Shown here in pieces: positions 24,973 to 38,720 of a DNA stretch of 64,000 bases. The position numbers were made by a program, and so were the translations under genes. The stretch comes from Antedon mediterranea. Taxonomy: Eukaryota; Animalia; Echinodermata. Under the pieces are notes generated by a model. The model made no database searches, was not told where the DNA came from, and saw only the letters and a list, made by a program, of their open reading frames with translations. Positions within the stretch are counted from its first letter, which is position 1. Every line of letters begins with the position of its first letter. The stretch is taken from positions 31,440,437 through 31,504,436 of the forward strand of contig NC_092672.1 of the NCBI RefSeq assembly GCF_964355755.1, written 5' to 3'.

Positions 24973-26942
24973 GGTATGCATAGTAAATTTCTACATTATT
25001 TTTCTCCGGAAAGTATAAGAAAAACTTGGCGACTGATAAATCTTTGCAAGTAAAAGTAAAATTTACTCAAACTTAGCTCTTCTTCTCAATGTGCCGATAC
25101 CATACCATTCGACCACTAATGTGTTCCTGGTATGTTTTATTATGTTTTGCAAAATGAAACTCTTCCACCACCAATCAATACCTAAATACCTGTTCAGTAA
25201 AATCAGTGAACCTCAATTCAAATCAATAGAAACAAATCATATCAAATATGTATGAAAATTTCTTGAATAACAAAGTTCAAACTGTATATCTTCTCGTACG
25301 TTTGGTCAATTTAATAATTACACAGATCGTGAAATCAAAAGCACTACTACGTTGAATCGACAAACCAATTCAATTCTAAATTAATATTCTACGCTCTGGA
25401 TGAAAACAAATCAAGAGTGTGATATGATATCTAGAAACTCGAACAAATGAGAATGGAAGTCCTTCACGAGCGATTGTATTTAGAAACTGGAGGAGCTGTT
25501 CTCTTTAATTTGTGTTGACGATGCAGCTAACGGTTGATTATGACTTCTTCATAATCCCTCAAGACAATGGCCAGTCTAACAATAGCTTGATAGTGTCCGC
25601 TGTTGTTACAAGGATAAAACAATCAACAAATCTTATGACGACCGTGTGTTATTAAGAGCTGAAAAAACACCGATATATTCAAATTAGCATACATCCAATT
25701 AAACAGTTCACTCAAACCGATGCTTTATTCTCCATTTGTTATGGTGTCGACAGAATGACAAAAAATTGTTAACATCTAAATAGATGGAGTAAATCAGTGC
25801 AAAATATAGACTGAAGCAAATGCAATGTACTGTTTACGTTATATTTGCACTACGGATCAATTTTATGTAACAGCAACTAAATCCGCAACACGTTTGCACA
25901 AATAAATCAGCAAAATCAGCATTAAGTGTTGCATTCGATGATTTGATCACTTACATAAGGCAAGGGTTAAACAGTGAGTGTCGAAATGAAGACACGTTAA
26001 ATGAGTGTGAATTTGTGAGTAATTTCACCGATCTCAAATCAACCATATATCATCACGCAAGTAGTCGCAGGTGAGTGATCACACGTCCAAATAAAATACG
26101 CTGAACGAGAAATTTATTTCATGCACACATCTCAAAATTCAGTACATATGCTAATTAATAACCAATTTACAAGTTTGAACGAGAAAATTGTTGAGTATAC
26201 CTGTGCAAAAGAAACCTGTCAATGTTTGGTCAACTGCAGACAATCATCCAATTTTAGACATTGATGTTTGATTGGTTGGCCATAATGGAAGGGATTGAGA
26301 TGATAACATGTTACGACCGAGTGTACATGTTTCGTTGGAGATAAGATCGGTAAACAACAGTTGTTCAGTTTCTAAGTACCCAACGATGTTTCCATTCACG
26401 ATAACCTTTCGACAAAGTAGCCATTACGCAAATTCACTCGCAATCCTCAACCTTGATAACGTTTTACGTTGGAAATATTGTTTATTTCTTGTTAGTGGCA
26501 ATTAGACATTGCTTGCATTGTAAGTTAGAAGATAATTGTATTCTGTGATTATAAGAGTTAAGTTGAATACCATTACGGTTGATAAGATAAGTAAATAAAT
26601 GCTGACGGTTTGGGTTCAAATCATGCACAACAACCACAAAAGACAATATTCATCTAACATTTATCTTTCAACATATAGTTCTGAATGGTCCAAGTGGTCA
26701 AGAATTAGAACTGATAATTAACATTTCTTATATTTAAAAGTTTCCCATTTATTTATACTTAAATTACGCAAAATTGCATGTCATACAGGAAAATATGTGT
26801 CACACTTGATCAGAGAATCAGTAACATAACATTCTCCAGAAGATAATTACAGCATAACAACCGAAACGCAGAGACATTCTCAACCATACTTTATCTTCTT
26901 TTGGAAACACCTGGTGTACCAAAATCGACATGCAAACCTTAA

Positions 26943-27206
26943 AGATATATTGTTTCCCAAGAAAAAAATAATTGTTTTAAATGTTTTTGTCGAATATGCC
27001 ATTTTAATGTCACATAATAGATATTCACTTTAACAAAACTGCAATTTGAAGCAAAAATAGTCAAATTGACTGGAAGTCAAAAAGTTTTTGGCTGCATTTA
27101 ACCATTTCTTTTTACTAAGGAAGTTTATTAAACTGCAAAATATCAATTGAAAGTCTTTTTTTTTTATTAATCTTCATTCTTCATGTTTTTGGGGGACAAT
27201 ACATCT
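26943..27206. mobile_element. ~265-bp Kolobok-like MITE; related fragments at ~38918-38975, 59516-59697 and 60115-60265
   Basis: TTAA|AGATATATTGTTTCCC ... GGGGACAATACATCT|TAA imperfect TIR. The block aaacatgaaXaatga..aaatcXgactttgaat is shared with the other loci. Confidence 0.65.
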
Positions 27207-27641
27207 TAAAACAATACAGCAATATTTTGTATATAAATATATTTGCTGTTGCATGCTACAGTTAGTATACGCCATTAAAATGCAGCTCAAAGTTCTAGAT
27301 AGCTATGTTCGTTCTAAACGGATAATAAACTAGGCCCTAAGTGGCCACTTAACTATAAATTAATCCAATTCGTGTAAAAATAAGCTTGTTATATCACTGC
27401 AAACTGCCTTTTACTACCATAAATATGTAAAACACAAATGACAAGCTCGTTCATCAAACACAGGAGAAATAATTTGGTTTTACTCTATGGAAACCAAGAA
27501 AGTAATACTGCACTATTTATTATCAAATTAACAAGCGATGTTTACCATTTCTGAATATTATTAATTTTTATTAATTTTATCATCATCACTTCAATAATGA
27601 TAATAACAAATAGATAAGATTAACTCCATCATAAAGGTTAA

Positions 27642-28670
27642 CACTTTGACTGCCAAACACGAAGATCTTCGTTTTTGGAAACACAACGCTTGACTGCCAA
27701 ACACGAAGATCTTCGTTTTTCGCGTTTTTTTACGAAATCCTGTAGATAGGTTAATTATTGGTATATACTATAAATATGGACACTATATTCGGTCTGGACC
27801 GTAAATATTTTACTTTTTGAAAGTAACTAATCTGGTTACGAACGATTTTCAAAATGGTACCTGTCGAAATAACATACACCGCGCATCACAGTAGCGCGTA
27901 CAGCGATGGTTTGGCGCATTGTGTATCGGTCGCGCGCTAGCTATGCCGCCGAAGTATTACAAAGGTTTATGTGGATTGGCATGTTTGTTTGTTATCTGAA
28001 TAAAAAATAATGGATGGATTTTCAGTATGAAGTCTTTGATTTTATTATTGTATGGATACCCTAATTGTTTTGGTGCTTCTCTGTAAGTGGCCGAGTTTCA
28101 CGCAACAAACTTGTTTAGAAATGGTATGAATATTATCATCAGTTTACTTGCTAGGCTATAGTCTAGGCCTAGTCATAAAACGGTTCCGGACCAACTTTAG
28201 GCCTAGTTAACTAGGCCTGGTGTCTTTACTATGTGGATTTTGGCGAAACAATGATGTAAGATTTATGATTTATAAAATGTAATACATTTTTCGATAGTGA
28301 TAACTTGTTTTTATAGGCCTACCGGTGCCGTGTAAGTAACTTTTTCGTTGTTTGTTGATCTCACCGGGCGATATTTTCATATTGTGATGTCTTGCACAAA
28401 ATCGCGAATATCTCGACTTTCTTGCGCGAAACTACGAAAAACTCAAAAAGTGGGTTACTTTCATTTTACTATTACGATTTACATATTGCGATTTGAAAAT
28501 CGTTCTTGGTACCATTGTAAAGCTAAAATCTTTATGATTATTTTAGTCTAAATTACATGTAAATCAGATCACATACATAGTTTCAATCAGCTTTAATAAA
28601 AACATCGAATTGGGCTATAAACGCTGGCGGTGGCAGTTTCTAACTGAAAAAACCTCTGGCAGTCAAAGTG
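27642..28670. mobile_element. 1,029-bp non-autonomous piggyBac-like element
   Basis: TTAA|CACTTTGACTGCCA ... TGGCAGTCAAAGTG|TTAA. The left subterminal 31-bp direct repeat ttgactgccaaacacgaagatcttcgttttt (x2) contains a palindrome. Confidence 0.88.
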
Positions 28671-29261
28671 TTAAGTATTGTTCTGTCTGTAAGATTATTT
28701 TGTTTTTACTATTTAAGTTTACTTGTATAATACGCTTCTTATTTATTTAAGATTTAAATGTTATTTTTGATCCTTTTATTTTTGTTTTTATATTGCCTTG
28801 TACATAAACGTATGCCACTGATACAAAAGCATTTGTTAAGTAATAATAAAGTTTATCGTTTATCACTTTTAATTTTTTTTATGGTAACAAAGACATTTAT
28901 ACAGCACTCCATTTTTATTACATTTCCACCTGATTTGGAATTAACTTTTTATTAACTTTTTTATTTGTTATTATTCATTTTAATATTATTATAATTCTGT
29001 CACCATTAAGATTCTTTGAGATTTTTTGAGAAAGTATTTGTATTTTTTTGTAGATTTGATGATAACAAATTTAGCTGCTGTCACAACTTTTGTAAAGTGC
29101 GAAAATCTTACTACTCAAGCCTTCAGTCTAATACTGTAGTTAATTTTTGTTTTATTTTTTTCTGCCGATTTTAACTCAAGTATATGTATGACATGCCATA
29201 AATGCCAAATTGTTATTTTTTAGTAAGTAAATCGCCACCTGGAACTCTAGGTATACATACA

Positions 29262-29480
29262 TTTTTGCCAAAATATTATAAAATTAAATGTAAATTGACC
29301 TTGTCTCATATCTCCATGAAGATTTCAACTCAAAATAATAAATATTATATTTAAAGAATTAAATATACACAAGGTATATTTCAACAGTTTTTTGCCAAAA
29401 TACCATAAAATAAAAAGTATGTATATAACATTGTCTCCTACCTCCATAAAAATTTCAACTCAAAATAATGAATATAATTC
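29262..29480. repeat. Two ~125-bp diverged direct repeats
   Basis: tttttgccaaaata...ttgtctc..ctccat.aa.atttcaactcaaaataat occurs twice. Confidence 0.7.
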
Positions 29481-29486
29481 TAGAAA

Positions 29487-30997
29487 CTAGATGGTACGCT
29501 CGCTTCGCTCGCGTACCATCTAGGTCGTGCCCACAGATGGTTCTCGAATACACAGTAATTTCAGCGTAAAAAAATGCTTTTTTTTAATGTACGTACTGCA
29601 GGATGATAATAGTTATTATTGTTTACAGAAACGAATAAATAGGCACGATGATTTATGTATTAAACTGAAATTAGCACACTGGGAATTACTTCCGAAAGAG
29701 AAACTTGTCACAAAATGAGTCCAAATTTGTTATTTGGACTCATTTAAACAAACCCAATTTGTGTTTTGTGTGTAACATTAGGGTTGACGGATGGGGAAGA
29801 GGATATGGGTACAAAGAAGAACAATGTTTTAATATATTCTTTATCTACTCAGTAACGAAATATGTTTTTCATGTTTGATAGGCCTATAAATAATATACCA
29901 CTTGATACAGTAACACATTTGCGATTTAATACTTTGTTAAAACTGTCACTGTTATAGTCCATTGAAATAGCATGTACATGTAACGATACACGTACCACTA
30001 CAACGTTTATATTCTTTGTAATTATTAATTAATACAAATATTGAGAAGCAACTGTCAGTAGTACAGTTTATTTGTATATTGTACGTTTTGTATAACAGTA
30101 GGGCCTACTCACAGGCCTATAAAATAATATACCACTTGATACAGTAACACATTTGCGACTTAATATTTTATTGTTAAAACTGTCACTGTCATAGTCGATT
30201 GAAATAGAATACGGTAGTACATGTAACGATACACGTACCACTACAACGTTTATATTCTTTGTAATTATTAATTAATACAAACGTTGAGAAGCAACTGTCA
30301 GTACTACAGTTTATTTGTATATTGTACGTTCTATATAACAGTAGGGCCTACACTCACAGTAATACGTTTATTTGTACATGATTGTGTTATACATCTAACA
30401 GTACCCACACTCACAGTAAATTCAATGGCGACCACAAATGTTAATACGTATTTATTGCAATACTATATCTATATATACGTTTTAGGTTAATTCCCCAAGG
30501 GCCAATAAATTTACCTACAGCTGGTGGTACTTGTGTTAAAGCAAAGAGTTATTATTGGAATGTTCCATTCATCGGAAATCAATACATTTGTATAAATGTA
30601 TATTAAATCTATCAAAATAGTATGTTTTTAAGAAAATAGGTCTACTCGAGCTGTTCAACCGGTTTTCATCCATTAAAAACAATTATCGTAGGAGGAGATA
30701 GGAAAATGCGAAGCATCCTCGTATTATTGTATGCGGGTATTTTTCAAGATAGACATGCATTGGACAGTGTATACCACGATCGGAAAACACTCCTATTTGG
30801 GGCAAATCGTTGAACCTAAATTCGTTTTAATCGTCAATAACTAATTATCGAACTCCATTTAATTAGTAAACAGGGTTACATCAGGTGGTTAAAATCAGTA
30901 TCGAAAGTACGAACCAACTTTATATACCATCGAGTAAACATTCTAGAAGTAAGGCGCGATTTACCGAATTTTGCCCTTACGTAAATTTATATATAGA
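29487..30997 (-). mobile_element. 1,511-bp non-autonomous Helitron
   Basis: Minus strand begins A|TCTATATATAAA and ends CTAG|T (A^T insertion, no TSD). 3' hairpin is ctagatggtacgc-N11-gcgtaccatctag. Internal ~235-bp tandem duplication (29880-30113 / 30113-30350). Confidence 0.85.
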
Positions 30998-33900
30998 TTA
31001 TCTCTATAATTTATGCAGTACTAATTATCATCAAGGTGTTGAGATCTGTTTAGTATAATTAGTGATTTAAAAGTTTAATAGGAAATATTCTCTTGACAGT
31101 GATTAAACAAATGGTTTGTCATTATATTACTGTATATAAAGGTCTCTTTTGATATAACAACACAGAAATTATGACATTTTGTTTTTAGTTGGGATTGTAC
31201 AGAATAATGAAATTACATCTCTAAATAACTAATTATTTCTAATAGTAAGTCTTAATTATAGCATGTTCTTATAGTTTTACTGCCTGTATTCACTAAAATA
31301 ATGAATGAGGTAGGAAAAAGTAACTTGATTTACTCTTATCAAAACATTCTATTTCTTTGCCTCTAACTGGTTACTTAGACTTTTAACCATAATCGAGCGT
31401 GGTACAATTTTATTTGATGATCATTGATTTGCGTTTCACCTGACACCCACCTCTGAATTCTCTTAAAATGAAGCAACCAAGACCAATGGTTAATTTTCCC
31501 GATCACTGCCTACCCAGTGGAACTTACCACGGTCTTTAAGTAAAACTAATCACACTTGCTAAAAAGTTCTGAATTTGAATGTGCGACTTAAGTAAACTCC
31601 TATGCGATTCAATCAGAATGTTTAATGTCACTGTTAAAACGGGGTGAATTATTCAAGTGCGAGCAATGGTCAAATTTACCAATGGCGGTAGATAAAGCTA
31701 CCTTGATAAAATTTACAATTTTTTCAACTTTTGTTATTAGTACTGTGTACAACAATTTAAAAAAATACAACATGCACATCAATTGACTGTCTTCTAGATA
31801 ATAACAGAAAACATTTAATAACTATAATGTATATTAATAGAATTAATATCTAAAAGTTTACCATAAAATAATTTTTCTCCTTAAAACAAATGATTTATTT
31901 GGCAAAACATATGTTTCACAGAAGTAATTTACAAACATCTGTTAGGATTTCTATACATGAGTTATGTACTATAAAATCGTTGGTAATAAACACAGTCAAG
32001 TAGAAAATCTAATTATGGTAACAATGCTAAAAATAGTATGTCCCTACCATCTTTATAGTTGTAGAGAACAATAGATGTCTGTCAATTGTTTAAACTCGTT
32101 TATCAAAAATAGGACAAATTGCTTCATTTGACAAGATATCAGATAGATGTAGAGTTTCTATAGAAGGAATACGTCAAAACAAGTTAATAATCGACTCTGA
32201 GAAGTAAAATTTCAAAGTCAATCAATATTGTTTCATTTATTTATTTGCAGTGCTAATAATTGTTGTATTCGATTGGGACTTTACCGTATAGTTTTTGCGT
32301 TGAGTACTTATTTAATGGAAATGTTGAGCATTAAAACGAAAAAACTTAACGTTTTCTATTCGAATGATTTTCTTTTGAGCACAATCTGCCAAAAGTACTC
32401 AACGAATCTTTATGTTTTACTACGAAAGTTGGCAATCGAATACAACAAACTGATTTTCTTTGTTCACTGAGGAGGGTTAGTGTTACCCGAAAGCAAAATT
32501 TTCTGGCTCTTTCACTTTATCTAGTAAACTAGTAAATCTCTTCTATCTTTTAAATGGCTTAACAATTTAAGTTAAATCTTGATTTGTTGTATGGCAGAAA
32601 TTATAAAGCACTGTATACTGATGTCTCATAGCGCTAAAAGACGAAAAAGTATTAACAAAACATGTAAGATTTGAGATGTTAAATACTGTATTAGATTGAC
32701 TTTACAATTTATATACGGTATTATTAAATAATGCAGCAATGCAGTAAGATCTGTTTTACTGCTAACCACTGATCATGGTGTTATTTTAATATCAGATTAC
32801 AGCATTTCCTTCGACAAACATCATTTTCTCAATTAAAATCTGAAGATTTCATTCTACTTATTAGAATAACAAACAATTTATTTGATTAAATTGTCAAATG
32901 AGAAGAAAAACATGCCAAATCTGAAACACAACATACAAAATAAGAATCGGAAAATCGGAAGGAAAATTAAACGGCCGACAGTGATATATGCTTAATCACA
33001 CAAACACGGACACACATGTGCGTCATTATACTTGAAATAGGTACATAACACTCAGCATATTCAATCAATTCACTATAATATTGTCTTCATAAAAATGAGA
33101 AATGAAGAATGATGAAGACGCAGTATGTTTTATTACTATGTGCAAAATAAAAGAAAATTTTACCATTAAGGAAAAAGAAAATTTTATAAATCCTGTATTT
33201 ATGCTATAATAAACTTTAAGTGCATTAATGTTATTTCATCATGCCATTAAAGAAAAACACATTATTCATTATTAATCTATTATTAAGGAAAACATTGCTT
33301 CAATCAATAAGTCATGAAATTAAAAAATAAAATGTTATTTAATTAAAATGTATTAATAATCATAATTTTATTTATTAAATATTTATTATATTTTTCAAAA
33401 TCGCACATAACACTTACACACAGTGTTTTAGAATATGAAAAAACAAATATATAATTGTATGCCTATGTAGATTGTAACAAATTTGTTTTTAGTTGTCCAT
33501 TTTTGAATGACCAACTATCATGTAGTCATCATGGAGGAAAAAAAATATTTAAACAAAATATAATAATATTTTTTCCTCCATGGCCTACTGTATCCCTGCC
33601 TTTTATATTTCTTGTTTTTGGCAGAAATTTGATTTAAAAAAAATAGATAATATAAATTAAAATTCAAGAAATACAAATATGAATGACAAAGAACGTGGGC
33701 ATTATAATGTTATATAATCTTGATTATGAATTGTGTTGTAACACTCCATATGAACCCTAACATTCAGAAACTTTGTATAAAATATAAATATTTTTCAAGG
33801 ATGAATTCGAATAATTAAATTTTATGCACAGTCAATTCTTTGCTTTTGTTGATAAGAAGTACAGGAATATTCTTTTCTTTTCTATACATTTGTCGTTTAC

Positions 33901-35108
33901 TTTTTTATTGGATTTTTTCTTTTAATTAAAGAAATGTTTCTGATTTTTCTGTTTCTCATTTGTCATGTTTTTGTTTCTAATAATAGTTAACTTGGAAAGA
34001 TGGCCACCCCTTATTTATTTTTTTTTGGGCATTTTTCAGCAAAATTGCAATTAAACTACAATATAAATGGTTGAATATTAAAATAATATATTTTTCAAGA
34101 AATTTTTTTACTTGATTGTTTGAACAAATTTGAAAACATAGAGATAAGAAAAAAACAAAAGAATTAAAGATGGTGGCTTTTATTTAAGGTTATTAAGAAT
34201 ATCCGTTAATCTATTTTAATACTATTGACGTCATTGAAAAGTGATTATGATGATGGCGACATTGAAATATTTTAATTTAAATATATCTGATATAATTAAT
34301 TACTATAAGTATAACTGTATATAATAGGCTAATTTTCAAAGATATTTTTTAAAGACATTACTGTAATTGAAAAATTATTTGTTTAAGTCTTAAAGAAAAC
34401 ATTAACTTTAAATAGGGAATTTGTAGTTTTATGGCCAAACAAAATATGATTTTATCTTATAGTACACAGTTGAATTGATATTGGGGTCTAGTTGATTTTT
34501 TTTTTGAATTACAATTTTTTAGGTACAGTACATACACATTTTTTCTTAAAATATAATTTTTTTGAAAGTTAAAATGGCAAATTAACACAAACATGATAGC
34601 AATTTTTTTTTTCAGGCAGACAATTATTTTTATATTAAAATGTTTAATATGATAAAAATGAGGGAAAAATGAAATTTAATAATAATGACAATTTCAGATA
34701 CCCCGCAGGGTTTTCCGGTCCAAATTGTATTAAATAAAAACAAGCACATGCTTGTATATTTTAAAGCTTCACCTGTAGCTGAACAAGACATATTTTTCTA
34801 AAAATCTGACAGATGAAATATAAAGCCTTCAGGTAAGACACTGGCCAATCAAGTCAATTTCCCAGCTGTGTTATTTCACATACATTAAAAACACATTAAG
34901 AGTAAGAATGTATGTTTATAACATGGAGGAAATAATTTGTCCATGAAAAAAAAAATCAATATCTGTATGGTGATAGAGGGCAGTCTTCAGACACACACAC
35001 GCCACTGCGCATGGTGTTCCTCCGACCCAAATGTTTTCAAGAACAGGCATTGCATATCTCTGGTGGTGCACTCCCCACTTTTGACAGGTATAACAAAATT
35101 ATGAATTA

Positions 35109-35963
35109 CCGTATATTTCGGTGTATAAGTCGCACCTGTGTATAAGACGCACCCCCTAAGTGAGAGTAAAATATCGGTATTTTTTATATCGTCGATGTAT
35201 AAGACGCACCTTATATTTCATCAAAACATTGTTTTTTTAGAATTGTAATAAATATTATTGTAATAATATATTTTGTTATATCTACAACGGCGTCCTTTAT
35301 TTAGGTTTTTTCTTACCTAGGCTCAACCGCGCCCAGCCTCAACAAGTTGTTTCTAACTTGTTATTCATGAGTTTCGCACCCGCAACATCGAGTGCATGAC
35401 CGTGTGTGCAACATGCACGTGTGTGGGCTAGCCTCGCTCGATCATTTCGAGAGGGCGCACGTTTTCACGGACAATCGTATTCGATTAGTATCTATGTATC
35501 CGAGAAGTGTGTACGCTAGGTCCACGCTATAATCACCTGGAGAATATACTAGTCGAATACCGTACAACATGTGGCCGCCAAGAAGGGCTTGCGCTGGGGG
35601 TACGGCGGTCGGCGATCGTGCGAATAACTATAAATAAATACTATTCCAATCGTAAACGTTTACAAATGAAATTTTATCGGAGCGCCTAAAATAGCTCCAT
35701 AATAAACAAATCTTTTCATGGCGCGCCCTTTTCATCATATTTAGTATAACATCACGCTAAAATGCCTTGAAAACTAGGCAGAAGCAGGTTGCTGTTACGT
35801 TAGTACACTGTAGCTAGGCCTAGCCTACTCAGGCCTAGCCAACGAGGTGACGATATGTACACTCTGTGTGGTGAGGCATTTATGTTCGGTGTATAAGACG
35901 CACCCTTAATTTAGAGGTCAAATTTGCGTGTCAAAAGTGCGACTTATACACCGAAATATACGG
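35109..35963. mobile_element. 855-bp Tc1/mariner-pogo (Tc2-type) MITE
   Basis: TA|CCGTATATTTCGGTGTATAAGTCGCAC ... GTGCGACTTATACACCGAAATATACGG|TA: 27-bp perfect TIR and TA TSD, with subterminal repeats tgtataagacgcacc. Confidence 0.92.
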
Positions 35964-36354
35964 TACTTTTTGATATCTAGTTTTGACTGATATAATAATT
36001 AGAGTTTCCCTATTTAAAAAGATCCTGGATTCACTTCCGCATAACATATATTTCCGCCCCACCCCCTATCCTGATTCTACTCTACCCTACACCCATGTAG
36101 GAATCCTGCAAACAAATGTAAATAGAAGGTTAGTACCCTTACATGGCCTCTGAATGTATGTCACACTAAATCCAAACTTTATTGATTATTGGGACAATAT
36201 CATAAAAAAAATATACTTCCGTTCATATATATGTCAATAAAATGAACAATAAATATTAATTGACAGAATGATTGACCATTTGATTGACAGATTAATTGAC
36301 CATTGGTGCATCTTAACAATGTCCTGGTTGGCTAACACAATGATTAGATCTTAA

Positions 36355-37210
36355 GAGCCTGTTTCTATTGAAAAATAAAAAAAGAACGGTTTTTTGGAAA
36401 CCGGTTTCGGCTGTTGTTTATAAATAAAGATCGCGTTGCAGCTCAATTTTTACTCCAATAAAACCGGTTCCGTCCATGTGCGTTCGTTATGAATGACGTC
36501 ATTATATACACCACAATGCAGTTCGTTAGGCGGAAGCGCGATTTGATCGAGGTCATGTTTACTTTTTTTCGCATAGCGCGATCCCCAAGAAATAGCATCC
36601 ATTTCATCATAGAAGGGGGAATTATTACCTGAAACGTTATTGTGGTCCTTGGTTAAAGTATAGGTAGGCCTACGTCGCACCCTCTGATATTGTCAAGTTG
36701 AACTCGTCTATTTTTCACACGCTTTACAATATTCTTAAAAACATGTAGGCCTATTATACGCGAGTCTTTCTTCCGACTCCCGACAAGTCCCCTCATCTTC
36801 TTTCCTTCACATATTTTTTACGAACCTCGTAATAGCATCGGTCAACATTTTTTAGTTAAATAAAATACTCACTATCTAGAGAAATAAAAATGACTTAGGC
36901 CTAGGTCCTATCGCGCGAGTTTGACTGCGAGTTGACCGCAATCATCCCAGTGCAGCAGACTGCAGAGTTCAGTTTTTGGGGTCAAATTGAGACCGCGATT
37001 GTGTTGCAGCTAAAAATTGCTCCGCGGAAACCGGTTTCAGAACGGTTCTTTGCGATCGAGACCGCAATCAATTGGGGTTTTTGAAACCGTTTTTAAGATC
37101 GGTTCTTTTTTGTGGTTTTTTGTGGGGACCCATTTCTGCTGGCAAGAAAAAACGGTTCTTGAAAAGAACGGTATTCAAAACCGTATTCTCTGCTCTATAG
37201 AAACAGGCCC
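36355..37210. mobile_element. 856-bp non-autonomous PIF/Harbinger element with a relic Myb/SANT (trihelix)-like coding fragment
   Basis: TAA|GAGCCTGTTTCTAT ... ATAGAAACAGGCCC|TAA with repeated AAACCG/CGGTTT subterminal motifs. The minus-strand peptide KDHNNVSGNNSPFYDEMDAI is encoded at ~36590-36650. Confidence 0.85.
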
Positions 37211-38559
37211 TAAAACAGTTATTTAAACAGAGAATAAACAAAAGTGTAATTTGGTACAGAATATGATTTTTCCAATCTAAAAAAAAAGTATAAAATACGG
37301 AGTAATTACATAAAGAAACTGGAAACATTTCATAAGAATTATATCAGTTTGAAAAAATGACCATGTTCCCTTAGATAGTCAGGAATAAAATCTGAAAAGA
37401 GGCCTAGAAATCAAGTTAGGGGGAGTGGATGTTAGAAGCAGTCAACATAGCCCAATATCCAATTAATCCCTTCTGATCACTCTAAGCCCTCTTGAAATGG
37501 CTGCCTTTTTCCACTCCCCTAACTAATTTTGTAAAGGTTTTTTTCCTAGACTATTAATTATGTTTGAAGTGTTGGGAAACTAAGAGTAAAAGTGACGGGT
37601 ATAAAACAAAAATTGCCAGAGGAAATATGCATAATATTAATTAGATAATTTAATAACAAATCTTAACTTACAGATTTCACTAATTACTAGCAGTTACTTT
37701 CAGCAGATAATAAACATGTTTATGAAATTTAAATCCACAACGGTTGCATCCAGATAGAAAAACAACCTCCAAGTGCAAAATGACTTTCAAGGACCTCAAC
37801 GAATAATAAAGAAGGGGAAATAATACTGTCCACGAACATAATACTGAATATCACAGGAAACGCCAATATCCTAGCAATGTGCTGCGAGTCTAGCCTTGGA
37901 TATTAGGCCTTTATTGTGCTGAGGAGACAGCTGGGGTATGCCCTGGCAACCTCTCTGATGGCTCTAGAAAATCTGGAAATTAATAATTGATCCCAAACAC
38001 ACTTTTAAATAAATGCACAAGTTATTGACCTGTGTGATAGTCAACATTTTTAATTATTTATTACAAAAAAAAAACCCCATTCTACATTCTATTTGCAAAA
38101 TTTGACCGATATTAAACTTAAATGATGTTATACTTTAAATTTATAGGACCAGGATTCACTAGCTTCATTTAGAAACGATAAACTGCTTTAGCAACACTAA
38201 AATGAAAAGTGTGAAATGTAAATGAGATATGTAAACAGAAAATCTTCCCCACATATTGATTTTTTGTATGCAACCTTTATTTTAATTATATTTCATTATC
38301 ATTCTATTATTGAATGTCATATACATTTTTAAAAATCTTTTTTTTTTGTCTTTAAACATTTTTTTATCACTTTACATATTGATTTTTTTTTTATTTAAAA
38401 AAAGTTACGATGATCATGTTTTTTTACTTTTATTCTATTTTTTCATTGAAATGTATTTTATTATGGTCATAATTATACATTTTAAAACATCTAGTTTTTT
38501 TTATCGTAACTCAAAGTTGCAGTCATTATGTTATATTCAAATGTCAAATTCAAGAAGAT

Positions 38560-38720
38560 TCTGGCCATCAATTATAAGATATGAAACATGCACTGACTAT
38601 AATAGGCTCAAAGCTCACCTCAAAGCCGCAGGCTTGTGCTTATTTTTAGACGTCGGGTTAACTTAATGATGTGGGGTGACAAAGACATAAGGACATTAAT
38701 TACTCAAGAAGAAGTGTTAA
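38560..38720 (+). mobile_element. Probable LINE 3' end fragment
   Basis: Peptide PSIIRYETCTDYNRLKAHLKAAGLC resembles a LINE ORF2 C-terminus (P-x2-I...F/LKxxLK) followed by UTR. GC is locally higher. Confidence 0.35.

Noticed and set aside
38310-38666. 118-aa hydrophobic ORF (and similar F/I/L-rich ORFs at 24101, 44150, 49841)
   Set aside because: The composition reflects T-rich intron DNA; only its 3' end resembles a LINE remnant.
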